NCBI GenBank assembly: GCA_013239625.1
Contig: MU053559.1
Span: 3,205,595-3,225,594 of the forward strand
Source of the DNA: Lama guanicoe
Taxonomy: Eukaryota
Length of the DNA stretch: 20,000 nt
Direction: 5' to 3'
Shown here: in pieces, positions 1-11,024 of the stretch
How positions within the stretch are numbered: the first letter of the stretch is position 1
Layout: the number at the start of each line of letters is the position of its first letter
Translations under genes and position numbers: made by a program
Notes under the pieces: generated by a model
Databases searched by the model: none
What the model was told of the DNA's origin: nothing
The model's input: only the letters and a program-made list of their open reading frames with translations

Positions 1-94
1 CACTGGAGAGGGAGTCAAGGGGCAGGAACTCTAAGAGAGGGCTTTAATTGTATCTGAAATGTTCTTTTTTTTTTTATACAAGGCTGTGGCATTC

Positions 95-170
95 ATTATA
101 TGATATCATATATGATATTTATTGTATCATATATAGTATCATATTATCATGGATATTATATTATCTTGAA
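95..170. repeat. AT-rich low-complexity (TATC/ATATG) tract
   Basis: Repeated tatcatat/atatga units seen directly. Confidence 0.7.
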
Positions 171-199
171 TTTCCTGCTTATCATTTCCATGCTTATAT

Positions 200-640
200 T
201 ATCCATAAATAATAGTTTATTTTTGAATGTTTCCAGACTTTGTATATGTGAAATCATCAAATTTTATATGCCCTTTTTACTACCTTTTTTTTTTTCCCCC
301 TGCTGGACATTTTTTTGAGACTTGTCCATATCGATGCATGTCATTTTAGACCTCTGCATTAATATTCCATGGTATGAAGAGAACACAATTGAGGTATCTT
401 TTCTGCCATTGATGGACATTGAGATTATTTCCTGGTTTTCACTCTTACAGACACTGCTGTAACAGAACCCGATCTATAGCTTTTCGTGCACAGGGGCCAA
501 AGGTACTCAGAAGCAGACTTACTAGGTCTTGGGACATAGACACCTTTCACTTTGCTAGGTATTGCCATATTTTTCCTCAGAGGGATTTTTCTGCTTCACT
601 TTCCTACTAGCTGCAGACGTGAGAAGGTGCGAGCCCACAA
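200..640 (-). mobile_element. Old, highly diverged L1 (L1ME-like) 3' fragment
   Basis: Degenerate L1M 3' motifs on the + strand: aatattccatggtatg, ttgatggacattgagattatttcc, ttcactttgctaggtattgcca. Confidence 0.55.
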
Positions 641-1188
641 TTTTACTGATCCTTGGTAGCATTATAGGGGTTTTGCTATCTCTGCGCAGATCTTCAGAGA
701 AGATGCAAGGGGAGTGGGGAAGAGGGGAGGGCAAAGTTCTCCAATTAGGCGGAGAATGTCAGCACTGAGGAATTTCCCGTGACATTTACTTTAATGAGGC
801 AAAGATTTTATTCTCTGTTTTGATGAAAATAATATTTAGACTTCTCTGGGAAAACTGTTACATTTGTGCTCTGATGTAGAGGAGTTTCTTTTTTTTCCCT
901 GTTTGCATTCTTGGCAAATAAGTAGAATAGACCAATTAGCAAGCTAATGTCCTAAATGTTCACTTGCAGTAATAGTTATTTTTAAATGTTTTAAATAGCA
1001 TGGAGCATTGGGTTTATTCTTACTGCTTTTCAAGGTTTTGAATTTATTAAAATGAATTTAAAATGAGACATAACTATGGTAACGGTTGATCATAATTCTT
1101 TGCCACTCTAATATGCATCTAGTAATGGAAAAATAAATGATGGGAAATGTGTTTACCTTTTAAAACAGATTAAGACAAATCATCAAGA

Positions 1189-1227
1189 GTAACTTTGGCC
1201 ATTTTCTGTTGTCTCTTGTGTTCACAG
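1189..1227 (+). promoter_or_regulatory. 3' splice site of the EFHC2 exon (candidate branch point gTAAC at ~1190-1193, polypyrimidine tract, AG)
   Basis: gagTAACtttggccattttctgttgtctcttgtgttcacAG; no other AG between 1190 and 1225. Confidence 0.75.
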
Positions 1228-1416
1228 GTGGGAAAGGAGAAATTCCACAAATCTCAACATTGGGGCTTTTGCAACAATGTTAGGATGCTGGTGAGTGAAG
1301 ATAAACCAGGAATAGGTGGAGAACTGCTTTTTGGACAAAAGATAAAGCCAAAGTATAATGTATTTCCTGAAGAAATGGGAAATGGCTTGCCATCCTGGGT
1401 GGCTTTTGATAAACAG
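1228..1416 (+). CDS. EFHC2: EFHC2 (EF-hand domain-containing family member C2; Rib72-like ciliary microtubule inner protein) internal coding exon, probably exon 2; 63 codons, phase 0/0
   Basis: Translation VGKEKFHKSQHWGFCNNVRMLVSEDKPGIGGELLFGQKIKPKYNVFPEEMGNGLPSWVAFDKQ matches my recollection of the mammalian EFHC2 N-terminus preceding the first DM10 domain. Flanked by a pyrimidine tract + ttcacAG (1226-1227) and a consensus donor CAG|GTAAGT (1417); length 189 nt. Confidence 0.93.
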
Positions 1417-3241
1417 GTAAGTCACATGACATTGGGAGACGTGCATCCTTAAAACGTTACATGTACTAAACATTAGATTTGAGAAAATAAGAGTCCTCTG
1501 TGTAAATAAATGTAAATGTGCTCATCTGAAATGACACATTCTAGAACAAAAGTACCCTAAACAGAGTTACCGCTGCTATTTCTGACCGGGCCTGTTGGTT
1601 GCAGGATGCCAGATGTTCATCGCCTTTCTTGGCTAGTGCTTATTAACCTTCCTCTCATCTCCTGCCCTGGACAGGAGGATTCTGTCCTTCTGGAGACAGT
1701 AGAGTCTGGTCATACTGCCACTTTTGTGTAGTGGTTGCCATTAACTAAGTGATTTTGTTTGATTCTGAATGTGCCATTGAATAGCAACAGAAAAATGCCT
1801 TCTCTTCTTTTCTCCGTCCTAATTATGGTTCCCTATCCCTGAGGACCAAAGGGTGACATGGCAGGAATTGTAGATGTGAAGGAAAGAGGTGCCGTTATTA
1901 GACAAGAGTCTGCACTTTTTAGTATGTGTGTTTGTACACGTAACACAGGCACATATACTGGCACATTGACAGTTGAAGAAGGCAATCCATTTGAATATCT
2001 TAAAAAGGGACTCAGATGATAGGGTTTGAAAAACCCAAGGTGACTAGTTATTTCCTATAAGGCAGCTAGATGGACACACTGTATCATGGCCCCATGGTCT
2101 GTTCTCCAAAAAAGAACTTGTTACTAGATTATTTAGGTCCTGTAAATTAAAAATAACTAAGATAAAGAATTCAAACCGTAGTATGCTAAATTTCCAGGTG
2201 ATTTTTAGCAGCCTTAATAACATGGGTTGGTTGGCAATACTTTGATTCCAATTAAAATGTCTTCAAATTTAGCAGAAGTGACATATCCCATGTCATCTGA
2301 GTTAGGGTCAGCCAGTTAGAGCACACATTACTTTTGGAGCCCAGTTCTGACACTTACGGAAATCTAACAGACTGGGGAGAAGCGTCTTTCCTGGGAAACC
2401 ATCTGTACTTTGAATATGAACCGTTCTCTCTCTTTTTTTGGATTATCTTCGGTACCTGGCTTAGTGTTGGACCCAGGGTTCAGTAACAGTTTCTGGACTG
2501 ACTTACTTGGATGGATCATGCTCGGTGTCCTGTTAATGTCAGTCTTATAGGTGTTTGTACATCATCATTCGAGAGTATTTAATTTGCAAGGATTAATAAA
2601 GATTCTATTTTTACTTCTTCTGTCAAAAAGGGTATTGACAATAGTTTAAACTAATCCACCATTGAATAAATAATGTAGGCCACAATATATTAAACTATTC
2701 TCTTGCATTTAAAGTTGAACATTTAATTTTATTTCATGTTTTTCTCAGTATTTAATATGTGCCTTTCAACCCTATTTTACAGCCCTTTAATTACTTATAA
2801 AATTATGTAGAATATTTCATGAAGTTGGGATAATTTTAGCTTCAAACTACTTGAGAAAATGAAGAGCTTGCTCATTTCAGGCCCAACTAAATACAACATA
2901 ATTCTTTCAGTTATTTTGTTGGTCAACTTCAATTAAATATTCATTGAGCTTTAAATGAGACACTAAGACTATGAAATATTTACGTGCTCTGATGAGATTG
3001 GGAACTACAGACTGGATCCTGGTTAATACCCAGAGCAAATTATAAAGTGCTTTCTGCATTCGCAGTTCAACAAAATAAGTCAACACCTGTTAATCATTTT
3101 TCTTGAAAATGAGACACTTTCAACTCGTTGCCAGTTTTTCCAATAGCTTTTAATCATAGCAATATATCTAGGGTTACATTCTCAAGCAATACAAAGTAGA
3201 AATAAAGGCGGTCCCTTGGAAGGTGTATTAGTGTTACTCTT

Positions 3242-3706
3242 TGCACTAGATGCTGTTGGTGTGCACACAGATCCACGTTAGGGGTCAGGCGCCCATCCCC
3301 CACAGTGGCAGCAAGTGCTCTGGCCACCGCCTCACACCCACGACCCTCTATGGAGTGTTGCTCTTGGCCGTTGGGCATTGCATCACCCAGAGAGGTAACC
3401 TGGGAGGTTACATTGGCCCCTTCACCACAAGACGGGGTAGCAAATGGCCGACAATTTGTCAAGAGTGAAAGGCTGAGCTTCTTTAAGGTGGGACAACTCT
3501 GTGCTGTGATTTCGGCTCACAGCCCCTTGTGTGTTAGGCCTGCGCTGAACTTTGGGTGCGAATGCATTCCTGCTCGGATGATTTCCCTTCTCTTGGCTGT
3601 TTCCCTCACTCCCTTACAGGTTTCTCCCAAGAATGTGCCCTTAATCAATGACATGCGCTGAAATCCTTGTTGCAGGCTCTGCTTCTGTGGAGCCCAACCT
3701 GAGACA
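3242..3706 (+). mobile_element. ERVL-type solo LTR, LTR16 family-like
   Basis: Begins TG..agatgctgttggtg..cagatcc and ends ..caggctctgcttctgtggagcccaacctgagaCA, resembling recalled LTR16 termini; degenerate polyA signal (aatcaa) near the 3' end; ~465 bp. Confidence 0.7.
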
Positions 3707-4294
3707 GCTTTCCAGTTTTTATCCCTAATTCTAAAAGTGACAAATCAGATCGCTCTGCTCAGGCAGACCATCTGACTACAAGCGGAGAAGGTGTCTGCAG
3801 TCCCCGCAAAGAGCCAGCGTTTATCATCCTGCACGGCCTTCGTGGCAGACGTTTCTAGCTGGGGATCTTTTCTTCACTCTCCCCTTCATTCTTAGGGAGA
3901 GAACGCCAGTTTTATTCAGGCTGGAGTTGTGTCTGCTACAAGGTGTTCACCTCCCCAGGGCTCCCTGCAGCTCGCTCGGCCACTTGACTCATTTCAGGCC
4001 AGTGACATGTGAATTAAGGTTTATCACATGGGGCCCCTGGGAAGGTTATTTTTCTAATTCAAAGAGTCAGACTCAGCTGATACGTTTTTCCTGCCCTTGG
4101 CCCTGCCTTCATTTTCCTGTCTGGATCTAGGACGTAGTTCCTTGGGGGCACAGTAGCCATCTTATGAGTCCAGCAGCGATAAAGGGGACCCAGGGCCCTG
4201 CGGGCACCATGCAGCCACTGTCTCCAACCTGGGCTCTCTCTCCCTCTCTGGACTTCTCATTCAGTGAGAAAAACCAGCCCCTATTTCAGAAGCT

Positions 4295-4815
4295 TTTAAC
4301 CCAGGGAGGCCTTTGGAAATGTGTGGATGTGTTTTGGGTTGTCCCAATGACCGGAAGTGGCACTGGACTAGGGGAAAAGCCAGCGAGGCACTTGTCTTAG
4401 GTGCAGAATTTAAGGGGCACCCCAAAACTCAGTAATCAGCTAGATAGTATTTTAATGAAATATCTTAAAAACGAATGCCAAAATTCACGATGAATGAAAT
4501 ACCAATGTGTTAAATGAAGACAGGATCAGTCATTGCCATGTGGAGCCATATTGGAGCCCAAGGCAAAAAGCAAAATCAGTAGTACTGATTCCATCTTTGT
4601 TTAACGTGTTGATATTTTGTTCACCATGGATTTTTGGCTTAATTGTGATGTTTGAAAGTGACTGGACCAGGGTCAGATCGGATCCAGAGGTGCTGCTGCT
4701 GTCTGTTAGCTGAAGGCCGACCGTGTATTTTATGTCCTGCCACGTGGGGAGGGCAGCCCCACTGGGGAGAACATTCAACCTGAAATGCCAGTACTGCTCC
4801 CTTTGAGAAAACACA
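4295..4815 (-). mobile_element. MER3-like hAT non-autonomous DNA transposon, split in two (about 4295-4355 and 4686-4815) by a nested element
   Basis: tttggaaatgtgtgg..ttttgggttgtcccaatgac and ..gtcctgccacgtgggg..aaatgccagtactgctccctttgagaaaacac match the two halves of the recalled MER3 consensus in reverse. Confidence 0.6.
4356..4658. mobile_element. MER96B-like hAT MITE with an internal inverted duplication, nested in MER3
   Basis: ggactagggg..gcgaggcacttgtc..gcagaatttaagggg..aaaactcagtaatcag..gacaggatcagt, then gagccatattggagcc..aaaatcagtagtactgat, as in recalled MER96B. Confidence 0.6.
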
Positions 4816-5004
4816 ATCCTTAATTAAAACCCCTGGTATCGGGAGGATTTATACAAATGGCCAAACATAATTTTGCCTGATCCTGCACCTACCACCCAAA
4901 GACTAGTTATTTCATTGAATTCATTTAAATACAAGCAGGCACATGGTCACTCAGCCAGTTAGTTCCAGCCAGCCTCCCAGCACCTCTGTCAGGCGAAGCA
5001 AGCA

Positions 5005-5330
5005 TGGGTCATTGTTCTCATTCTGTAAATGAGGAATCATTGGCAAGAAGTGGGGCAGGGGCCAGGGTTCTGAGGCTGCCTGCTGGAGGCACCGAAATGA
5101 ATTATCTTTGTGATGGTGGTTCTGTCTCTCTACCTCTCTGAGCCTCAGTTTCCTTGACCTTAATGCAGGGCTTGATTGGCTGGTTGCTAATGCCCTTTTA
5201 CCGCTAGCAGTCTATGCCTGAGACTTTAGTCTGTGACATTTAGACTAAAGGCACATTCAGCTTGTTTATCCTTGAACTGAGCCCAGACCCTGAATCTCCT
5301 GGCCTGGGGCTCTTTCTAATTACATCAGGC
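5005..5330. mobile_element. Cluster of degenerate MIR fragments
   Basis: MIR core motifs ctctctgagcctcagtttcct (~5135-5155) and reverse-oriented cattctgtaaatgaggaa (~5019-5037). Confidence 0.5.
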
Positions 5331-5884
5331 ACCTACTGCTTCATTATTGATTGAAGTTTGGCATTTAGTAGTTTACGATATGCTGCTGTTGCTGTGGTAT
5401 ATAATCTATCATTAAGCTGCTTTTTTAGAAATTCAGACTAGTTAGAAATACTCAAAAACTCAAATGACTGAATGAATGTTTTTTAATGACTTTCATCTGG
5501 ATGTTAAGCATCATTTGTATAGACTCTACAATTATGCTCTCATTTCTTTTCATTTGTCAATGGCTCCTAGTTAGCCTAATTTGTTTGCTGATTTGCAAAT
5601 GACTCTATTATTGTAAGTGGCGGGATAAAGGTTGATCCTAGGGGGTATGCATGCATTTAAAAATATTATTTCATTTTTTCCATCTACTAGAAACATAATT
5701 ATAATCAAAACTACTGACCACAGAATTAGAATTTTGATAACTTTGCATTCATTGACATTAGATTTGTGGTGAGCTGATTGTTTCTTTGGTGCTGTGCAGA
5801 TCTCTATATTTTGAACAATATAAAACGAAAAGTTTAAAATATAACTTGATTTCTTGAGTCACCTTGATTATTTTTTTTTAATTG

Positions 5885-6085
5885 AACAACTTGGTTTATT
5901 ACTCATTGCAGTGAGAGAAAACAAATATCCTGAGTGACTGGGATGTCTAAGTAAGTAGGTGTTAGAGAAGTCTTACTATAAGATTTGGGCTTGTATTAGG
6001 TAATTTTGGAGAGAACTTAAGAAAGTGAGGCCTTACTCTGCATTGGGTGCTGTTGGGAAGTGGGGATACTTCTGTGATGGTCTAT
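5885..6085 (-). mobile_element. ERV LTR-like fragment, left part; apparently continues at ~7071-7429 after an L1 insertion
   Basis: Reverse polyA signal (tttatt ~5895-5900) and LTR-like sequence that stops abruptly at the L1 poly-T; family not assigned. Confidence 0.4.
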
Positions 6086-7065
6086 CTTTTTTTACTGAAG
6101 TATAGTTGATGTACAGTATTATGTAAGTTACAGGTGTACAATATAGAGATTCACAATTTTTAAAGGTTATACTACATTTATAATTACTATAAAATATTGG
6201 CTATATTTCCCATGTTGTACAATATATCCTTGTAACATTTTTATACCTAATAGTTTCTACCTCCTTCTCCCCTGTTCCTGTATTATCCCTCCCTGGTTCC
6301 CTCTCCCCCCTGGTCACCACTAGTTTATTTGTATCTGTGAGTCTGCTTTTTTTTTTTGTTGTTGTTACATTCACTAGTCTGTTGTGTTTTTTAGATTCCA
6401 CATACAAGTGATATTATACAGTATTTATCTTTCTCTGTCTGACTTACTTCACTTAGCCTAATACCCTCCAAGTCCATCCATGTTGTTGCAAATGGCAAAA
6501 TACCATTCTTTTTAATGACTGAGTAGTATTCCATTGTATATGTGCGCCACTTCTTCTTTATCCATTTATCTGTTATGGACACTTAGGTTGTTTCCATGTC
6601 TTGGCTGTTGTAAATAATGCTTCTGTGAACATTGAAGTGCATGTGTCTTTTGGAATTAGAGTTTTCATCTTTTCCAGATATATGTCCAGGAGTGGGATTG
6701 CTGGATCATATGGTGACTCTATTTTTAGTTTTTTAAGGAACCTCCATACTGTTCTCCATAGTGGCTGCACCAGTTTACATTCCCACCAACAGTGTAGGAG
6801 GGTTCCATTTTCTCCACATCCTTGCCAACATTTGTTAAATTTGTGTTCTTTTTGATCATAGCCATTTTGACAGGTGTGAGGTAATATGGTAAGCATGTGC
6901 TCTACCACTGAGCTATACCCTCTGCTGCCCCCAGTAATATCTCACTGTGGTTTTGATTTGCATTTCCCTGATGATTAGTGATGTTGAGTATCTTTTCATG
7001 TGCCTATTGGTCATCTGCATTTCCTCTTAGGAAAAATGTCTATTTAGTCTTCTGCCCATTTTTTT
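6086..7065 (-). mobile_element. 5'-truncated LINE-1 (ORF2 C-terminus + 3' UTR), intermediate age, frameshifted
   Basis: ORF fragments 6391-6582 and 6573-6908 encode the ORF2 zinc knuckle [18 protein letters not shown] and terminal ..ISLVCGI; 3' end tttttttactgaagtatagttga. Confidence 0.92.
6888..6933 (-). pseudogene. Tailless tRNA-Ala/Vic-1-SINE 5'-half retropseudogene with 7-bp TSD
   Basis: Reverse complement tgggggcagcagagggtaTAGCTCAGTGGtagagcacatgcttacc contains a Pol III A box. Flanked by gtaatat at 6881-6887 and 6934-6940, interrupting otherwise contiguous L1 ORF2 sequence. Confidence 0.85.
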
Positions 7066-7070
7066 TTTTT

Positions 7071-7429
7071 ATGATTGTGAATTTATAGAGACGACAGACT
7101 AGAGTGAGGCTACAGCTGTAAGTGGGAGAGAAGCAGCCGTCACTCCTGTGAGCTAGGGTAGGGGATATTTGGCATTTTGTGGCCTGGACAATGTTGATGT
7201 TCTGTCTGTGTTCAGACGTGACTATGGAGTGATCTTTTTTTTTTTTTTTTTTTTACATTGTAGTCACAGAGTGGCCTTGTCTGAGGGTAGTATTCTCTGA
7301 AAGTGTTAATTTTCAGCAGGAGAACACCAAGGCTTCGCTGTGGCTGCCAGACCAGCTTGTTGCAGCACCAAGGCCAGCTAATAGTGCCAGGCTGGCTCCT
7401 GATATCAGAGGCTGCTCTTCTCTTTCTTA
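7071..7429 (-). mobile_element. ERV LTR-like fragment, right part (5' portion of a minus-strand LTR)
   Basis: Internal tandem duplication caccaaggc..tgccag (about 7326-7400); ends ..ggctgctcttctctttctta, resembling a reversed LTR 5' terminus. Confidence 0.45.
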
Positions 7430-8266
7430 CCCAGTACCAGCTAAAATTTTGAATTTTCCCGCTGGGGGATCAAGGAGCGATCAAGTCTGGTAGAATTTCA
7501 TATGATTGGCAAAGAGCAATACACGACTCTAGATCCCTGAAGTTTTGCCTAAAACCAATTAGGAATGTTACAAAATATAATCAGAGTATATAAAAAATAC
7601 AATGAGAAATTTGAAAGTAACTTGAAAGTGTCAGATATTTATACCTTTAAATCATACCCAAAATGTCAAATGAAAAATTTTCCATAGGTTTATGTAATTT
7701 TCAGATTGTCTGAATCCTGTTAGAATCACTTCATGAAAGACACCAATATGTATAATTATAGCACAATGTAATTGCAATACATTGCCATTTAAATCCCATA
7801 TTTTACGTCACAATTACATAATCTTTAGCTATTTAGTTTTAAATATGAAATCAGAAGGCTTGCTCGAAATCAAACACATCATATCCCAAATTCCCAACTC
7901 TGCATTCTGCATTTATCACTAAAACCCAAAATTACATTCTTTAAATTCATGTTAAACTGATAAAGTTTCTAATTTCATCATACATTATGGCTTTCTCTAA
8001 TCTTTTGAAATTCAAAAGGCATTTAATTAAAAAAAATCCTCAAATTTGGAATGAGTGTTTTTGGAATAAAAAGAATGAGGTTCATAAATGAGTCTCTTAC
8101 TGAAGGAGAGAGAGTTCTTCCTCCTCTCTTTTCTAAAACGAGAGTTTAGTTATTATGCAAAATTTTAAGACATTCCCCTCAAGGTTAAACTTCTTATGAA
8201 TAATGAGACCTGTGGCTTATTCTCATTAGCCCAAAGTTAAAATTGTCTTTTTGATCTTAAACTTGA

Positions 8267-8943
8267 GTAGATACCACTACACACTCATTAGAATGGCTAT
8301 AACTTGAAAAGACTGACAATACCAAGTGTTGACAAGGATGTGGAGAAACTGAAACTTATACATTCCTGGTTGGAATGTAAAATAAGACTGCCATTTTGGA
8401 AGACAGTTTGGCAGTTTCTTAAATATATGCTACTATATGACTCAGTTAATTTCACTCCTACCTATATTTCTAAGAGAAAACATATGTTCACACAAAAACT
8501 TGTATGTGAATAACTGTAGCATCATTATTCAAATTGTTATTGGCCATTATTATTGGCCAAAACAGCCAGTACTCAAATGTCCATCAACTGATGAATGGAT
8601 AAACAAAATGTGGTCTAGCCATACAGTGGAAATTGTTCATCAGTAAAAAGAAACTATACACTACAATGTGGATAAACCTCAAAAACATACTAAGTGAAAG
8701 AAAGCAGACACAGAAGACTTCATATGGTATGATTCCATTGCTCTGAAATCCTTAAAAAGGCGAATATATCACAGAAAGCAGATCAATAGTTGCCTGAGGC
8801 TGGCAGTGGGTGAGGGAATTTTTGAGGAGTGATGGAAATATTCTAAACTGGATCATGGTGATGATTATGGAGCATTTATGAAAAGTCACTGAACTGTATA
8901 CTAACAAGAGGTGAATTTTATGGCATATAAATTATAGTTTAAT
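8267..8943 (+). mobile_element. Old L1 (L1MB/L1MC-like) ORF2 end + 3' UTR
   Basis: Degenerate ORF2 C-terminal peptides in ORFs 8304-8513 and 8437-8646 (..[13 protein letters not shown]..); L1M 3' UTR motifs ending ataaattata. Confidence 0.85.
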
Positions 8944-9146
8944 ATGTTAGTCTTCTAGGACTGCCATAACAAAATACTGTAGACTGGGTGCCTTAAACCA
9001 CAGAAATTAATTTTCTCACGGTTCTGGAGGTTAGAAATCCAAGATCATGGTGCTGGCGGGGTTGGTTTCTCTTAAGGCCTCTCTCATTGGCTGGCAGATG
9101 GCCACCCTCTTGCTGCCTCTTCATGTGGTTGTTCTCTGTGCACACC
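8944..9146 (-). mobile_element. MaLR LTR fragment (MLT1B/C-like)
   Basis: ttagtc..ggactgccataacaaaatactgtagactgggtg..ttaaac..cagaaatt..tctcacggttctggagg..tccaagatca is the typical MLT1 end. Confidence 0.85.
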
Positions 9147-9479
9147 GATTTTTGTTTGACCGTAAAATCTCTTGTCATGTGTAACATTTTAGTTCACAAA
9201 TTAGGAACTGATAATTACTGTTTGATTTGTTGAGTTGTATTTCAGGCTGATTTATATTTTGTTCTGAAGTTTTAATCTATAAGAGTGATGTTTGTTTATG
9301 TACTTCCCCCCTCTGAATTCAGACCAGCTGCTGCAGGCTTATTGGAAATATCTAAAAATCGTTTTACCTTACTGAATTTCGTGTTGGCAGGAATCTGTCC
9401 TATAGTTAAGCCCTGCCTTTTGTAACCCTGATGGTGGGTGATGGTCCAAATACTGACTATATAATCTGTGTTCTTTTTA

Positions 9480-9770
9480 AAGAAATATTTTTGGACTTAC
9501 AAGAAATCACAGAAATGGTACAAGATAGTTCCTGTGTACTCTTTTCCCAGCTTTCCCCAACGATAACACCTTCTATAACTGTAGTACATTATCAAAACCA
9601 GGAATTTGACATTGGTATGTTACTAAACTTTCGGATCTTAATTGAATTTCTCCAGTTTTCACATACACTTGTATTTCTCCCTTAGTTTATGGTTCTGTGC
9701 AGTTTCATCACATGTACAGTTTTGTGTAACCACCACCACAATCAGGATACAGAATAACTGTATCCCTTTA
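9480..9770 (-). mobile_element. Old L1M 3' UTR fragment
   Basis: gtagtacattatcaaaaccaggaatttgacattggta; tgtgtaaccaccaccacaatcaggatacagaa. Confidence 0.7.
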
Positions 9771-9789
9771 GGATTTTACTGTTTGAGTC

Positions 9790-10040
9790 TTTATTGTAAT
9801 CAACTGTACTGAGGTATAATTTGTATATGATAAAATGTGCCCATTTTAAGCATACAGTCCCGTGAGTTCTAACAAGTGTATACACAGGTAACCATCACCC
9901 TAGACGCCAATATGGAACATCTCTACCACGTTAGAAAGTTCCCTCATGACCCCTTCCATTGCTCTGACTTCCATCACCATAGATTGGCTTTGCCTGTTCT
10001 TGAACTTCATATAAATGGAATCTTACACTGTGTCCCCTCT
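9790..10040 (-). mobile_element. Old L1M (L1MB/ME-like) 3' end fragment
   Basis: tgaggtataattt..aaaatgtgcccattttaag..; ttgcctgttcttgaacttcatataaatggaatc. Confidence 0.75.
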
Positions 10041-11024
10041 GGAGTCTACCTCACTGGGATTTAAGATTTGAGGCACAGCTTTGATAATATGTATGCATAT
10101 AAACAAAGTGCAGCCAACTCATGTAATAATTCACCTTGGTGGATTTCTGGGTATTTATGTAACCATTTTTTCATTCTCTGGATCGATATCCCTTTATTTT
10201 TAAACATGCCGGGTTTTGTTTTTTTCAAATAAATTATCCTCCTAACCCCCTTTAGAGGTTTTTAAACGTTTAGAATTGTTAATTTCTAAATTTCAACATG
10301 CTAGAATTGTTCCTATCCTTCTACTTATTTTAATTATGCTCCCCTATTTAAATACCTGTTCTGACTATGAAATTCATTGTGCTGTTTTAGTGTGGTAATA
10401 GTTCTTTTAATAAAGAGGATTCTTCAGGGACACATGCCATTATCATAAACGTTTTATCAGAGGTATAAATAATTGAGGGCGCATGGCTGTTCATTCTAGG
10501 ACATCAGAAATGAGGAGGTGGCGGGGAGGGCATGAACTCCACATTATTGAAGGGGAGGCAGAAATGCTTATCTTTGTCCAATGTTGTCCCATTTCCTTTT
10601 CTTACATCCCATCTCTCAACCTCCGTATCCCTTCCCCTGCCATTCGTTTGTCCTCTTTTTCTATTTCTTTTTCCCTTTCATTGAACTTGGTCTGTCTCTT
10701 CATCCTCATTCTCTTTACTTTCATCCATTTTTATTCATCTTACATCATGTGCACCCTGTTTAACTTTCTTCCCTTTCCCTGCTTTGTCTTCCTCTGTCCC
10801 AGGCCTTACAATTGGTGACTCTTCTTTTTAGGAAAGTAGAATCATCATCATAATCATTATCGTTGTTATTGCCTGGGTCTTCCCCCTTTCCTTTAAATCT
10901 AGGCTCGGCCTCAAGGTACATGTGTCTCCCCAAATGGAGTACTGTCTGAAATGAACTCTGTACATCGGTTGAGGTGTCCCTCGGGAACATGGTCCTCCTG
11001 CAACACTCCCCTGATGGGAGGCTC

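Noticed and set aside
1195..1452. 85-aa ORF as a stand-alone gene
   Set aside because: It is the EFHC2 exon plus in-frame intronic flanks; splice sites delimit 1228-1416.
3154..3661. Overlapping 72-118 aa ORFs
   Set aside because: They lie in a GC-rich solo LTR and show no protein similarity that I recognise.
6888..6933. Functional tRNA gene
   Set aside because: Only the 5' half is present; no T arm/B box or 3' acceptor strand.
7764..7784. Near-palindrome caatgtaattgcaatacattg
   Set aside because: Short, AT-rich, with one extra base; plausible by chance and without supporting context.
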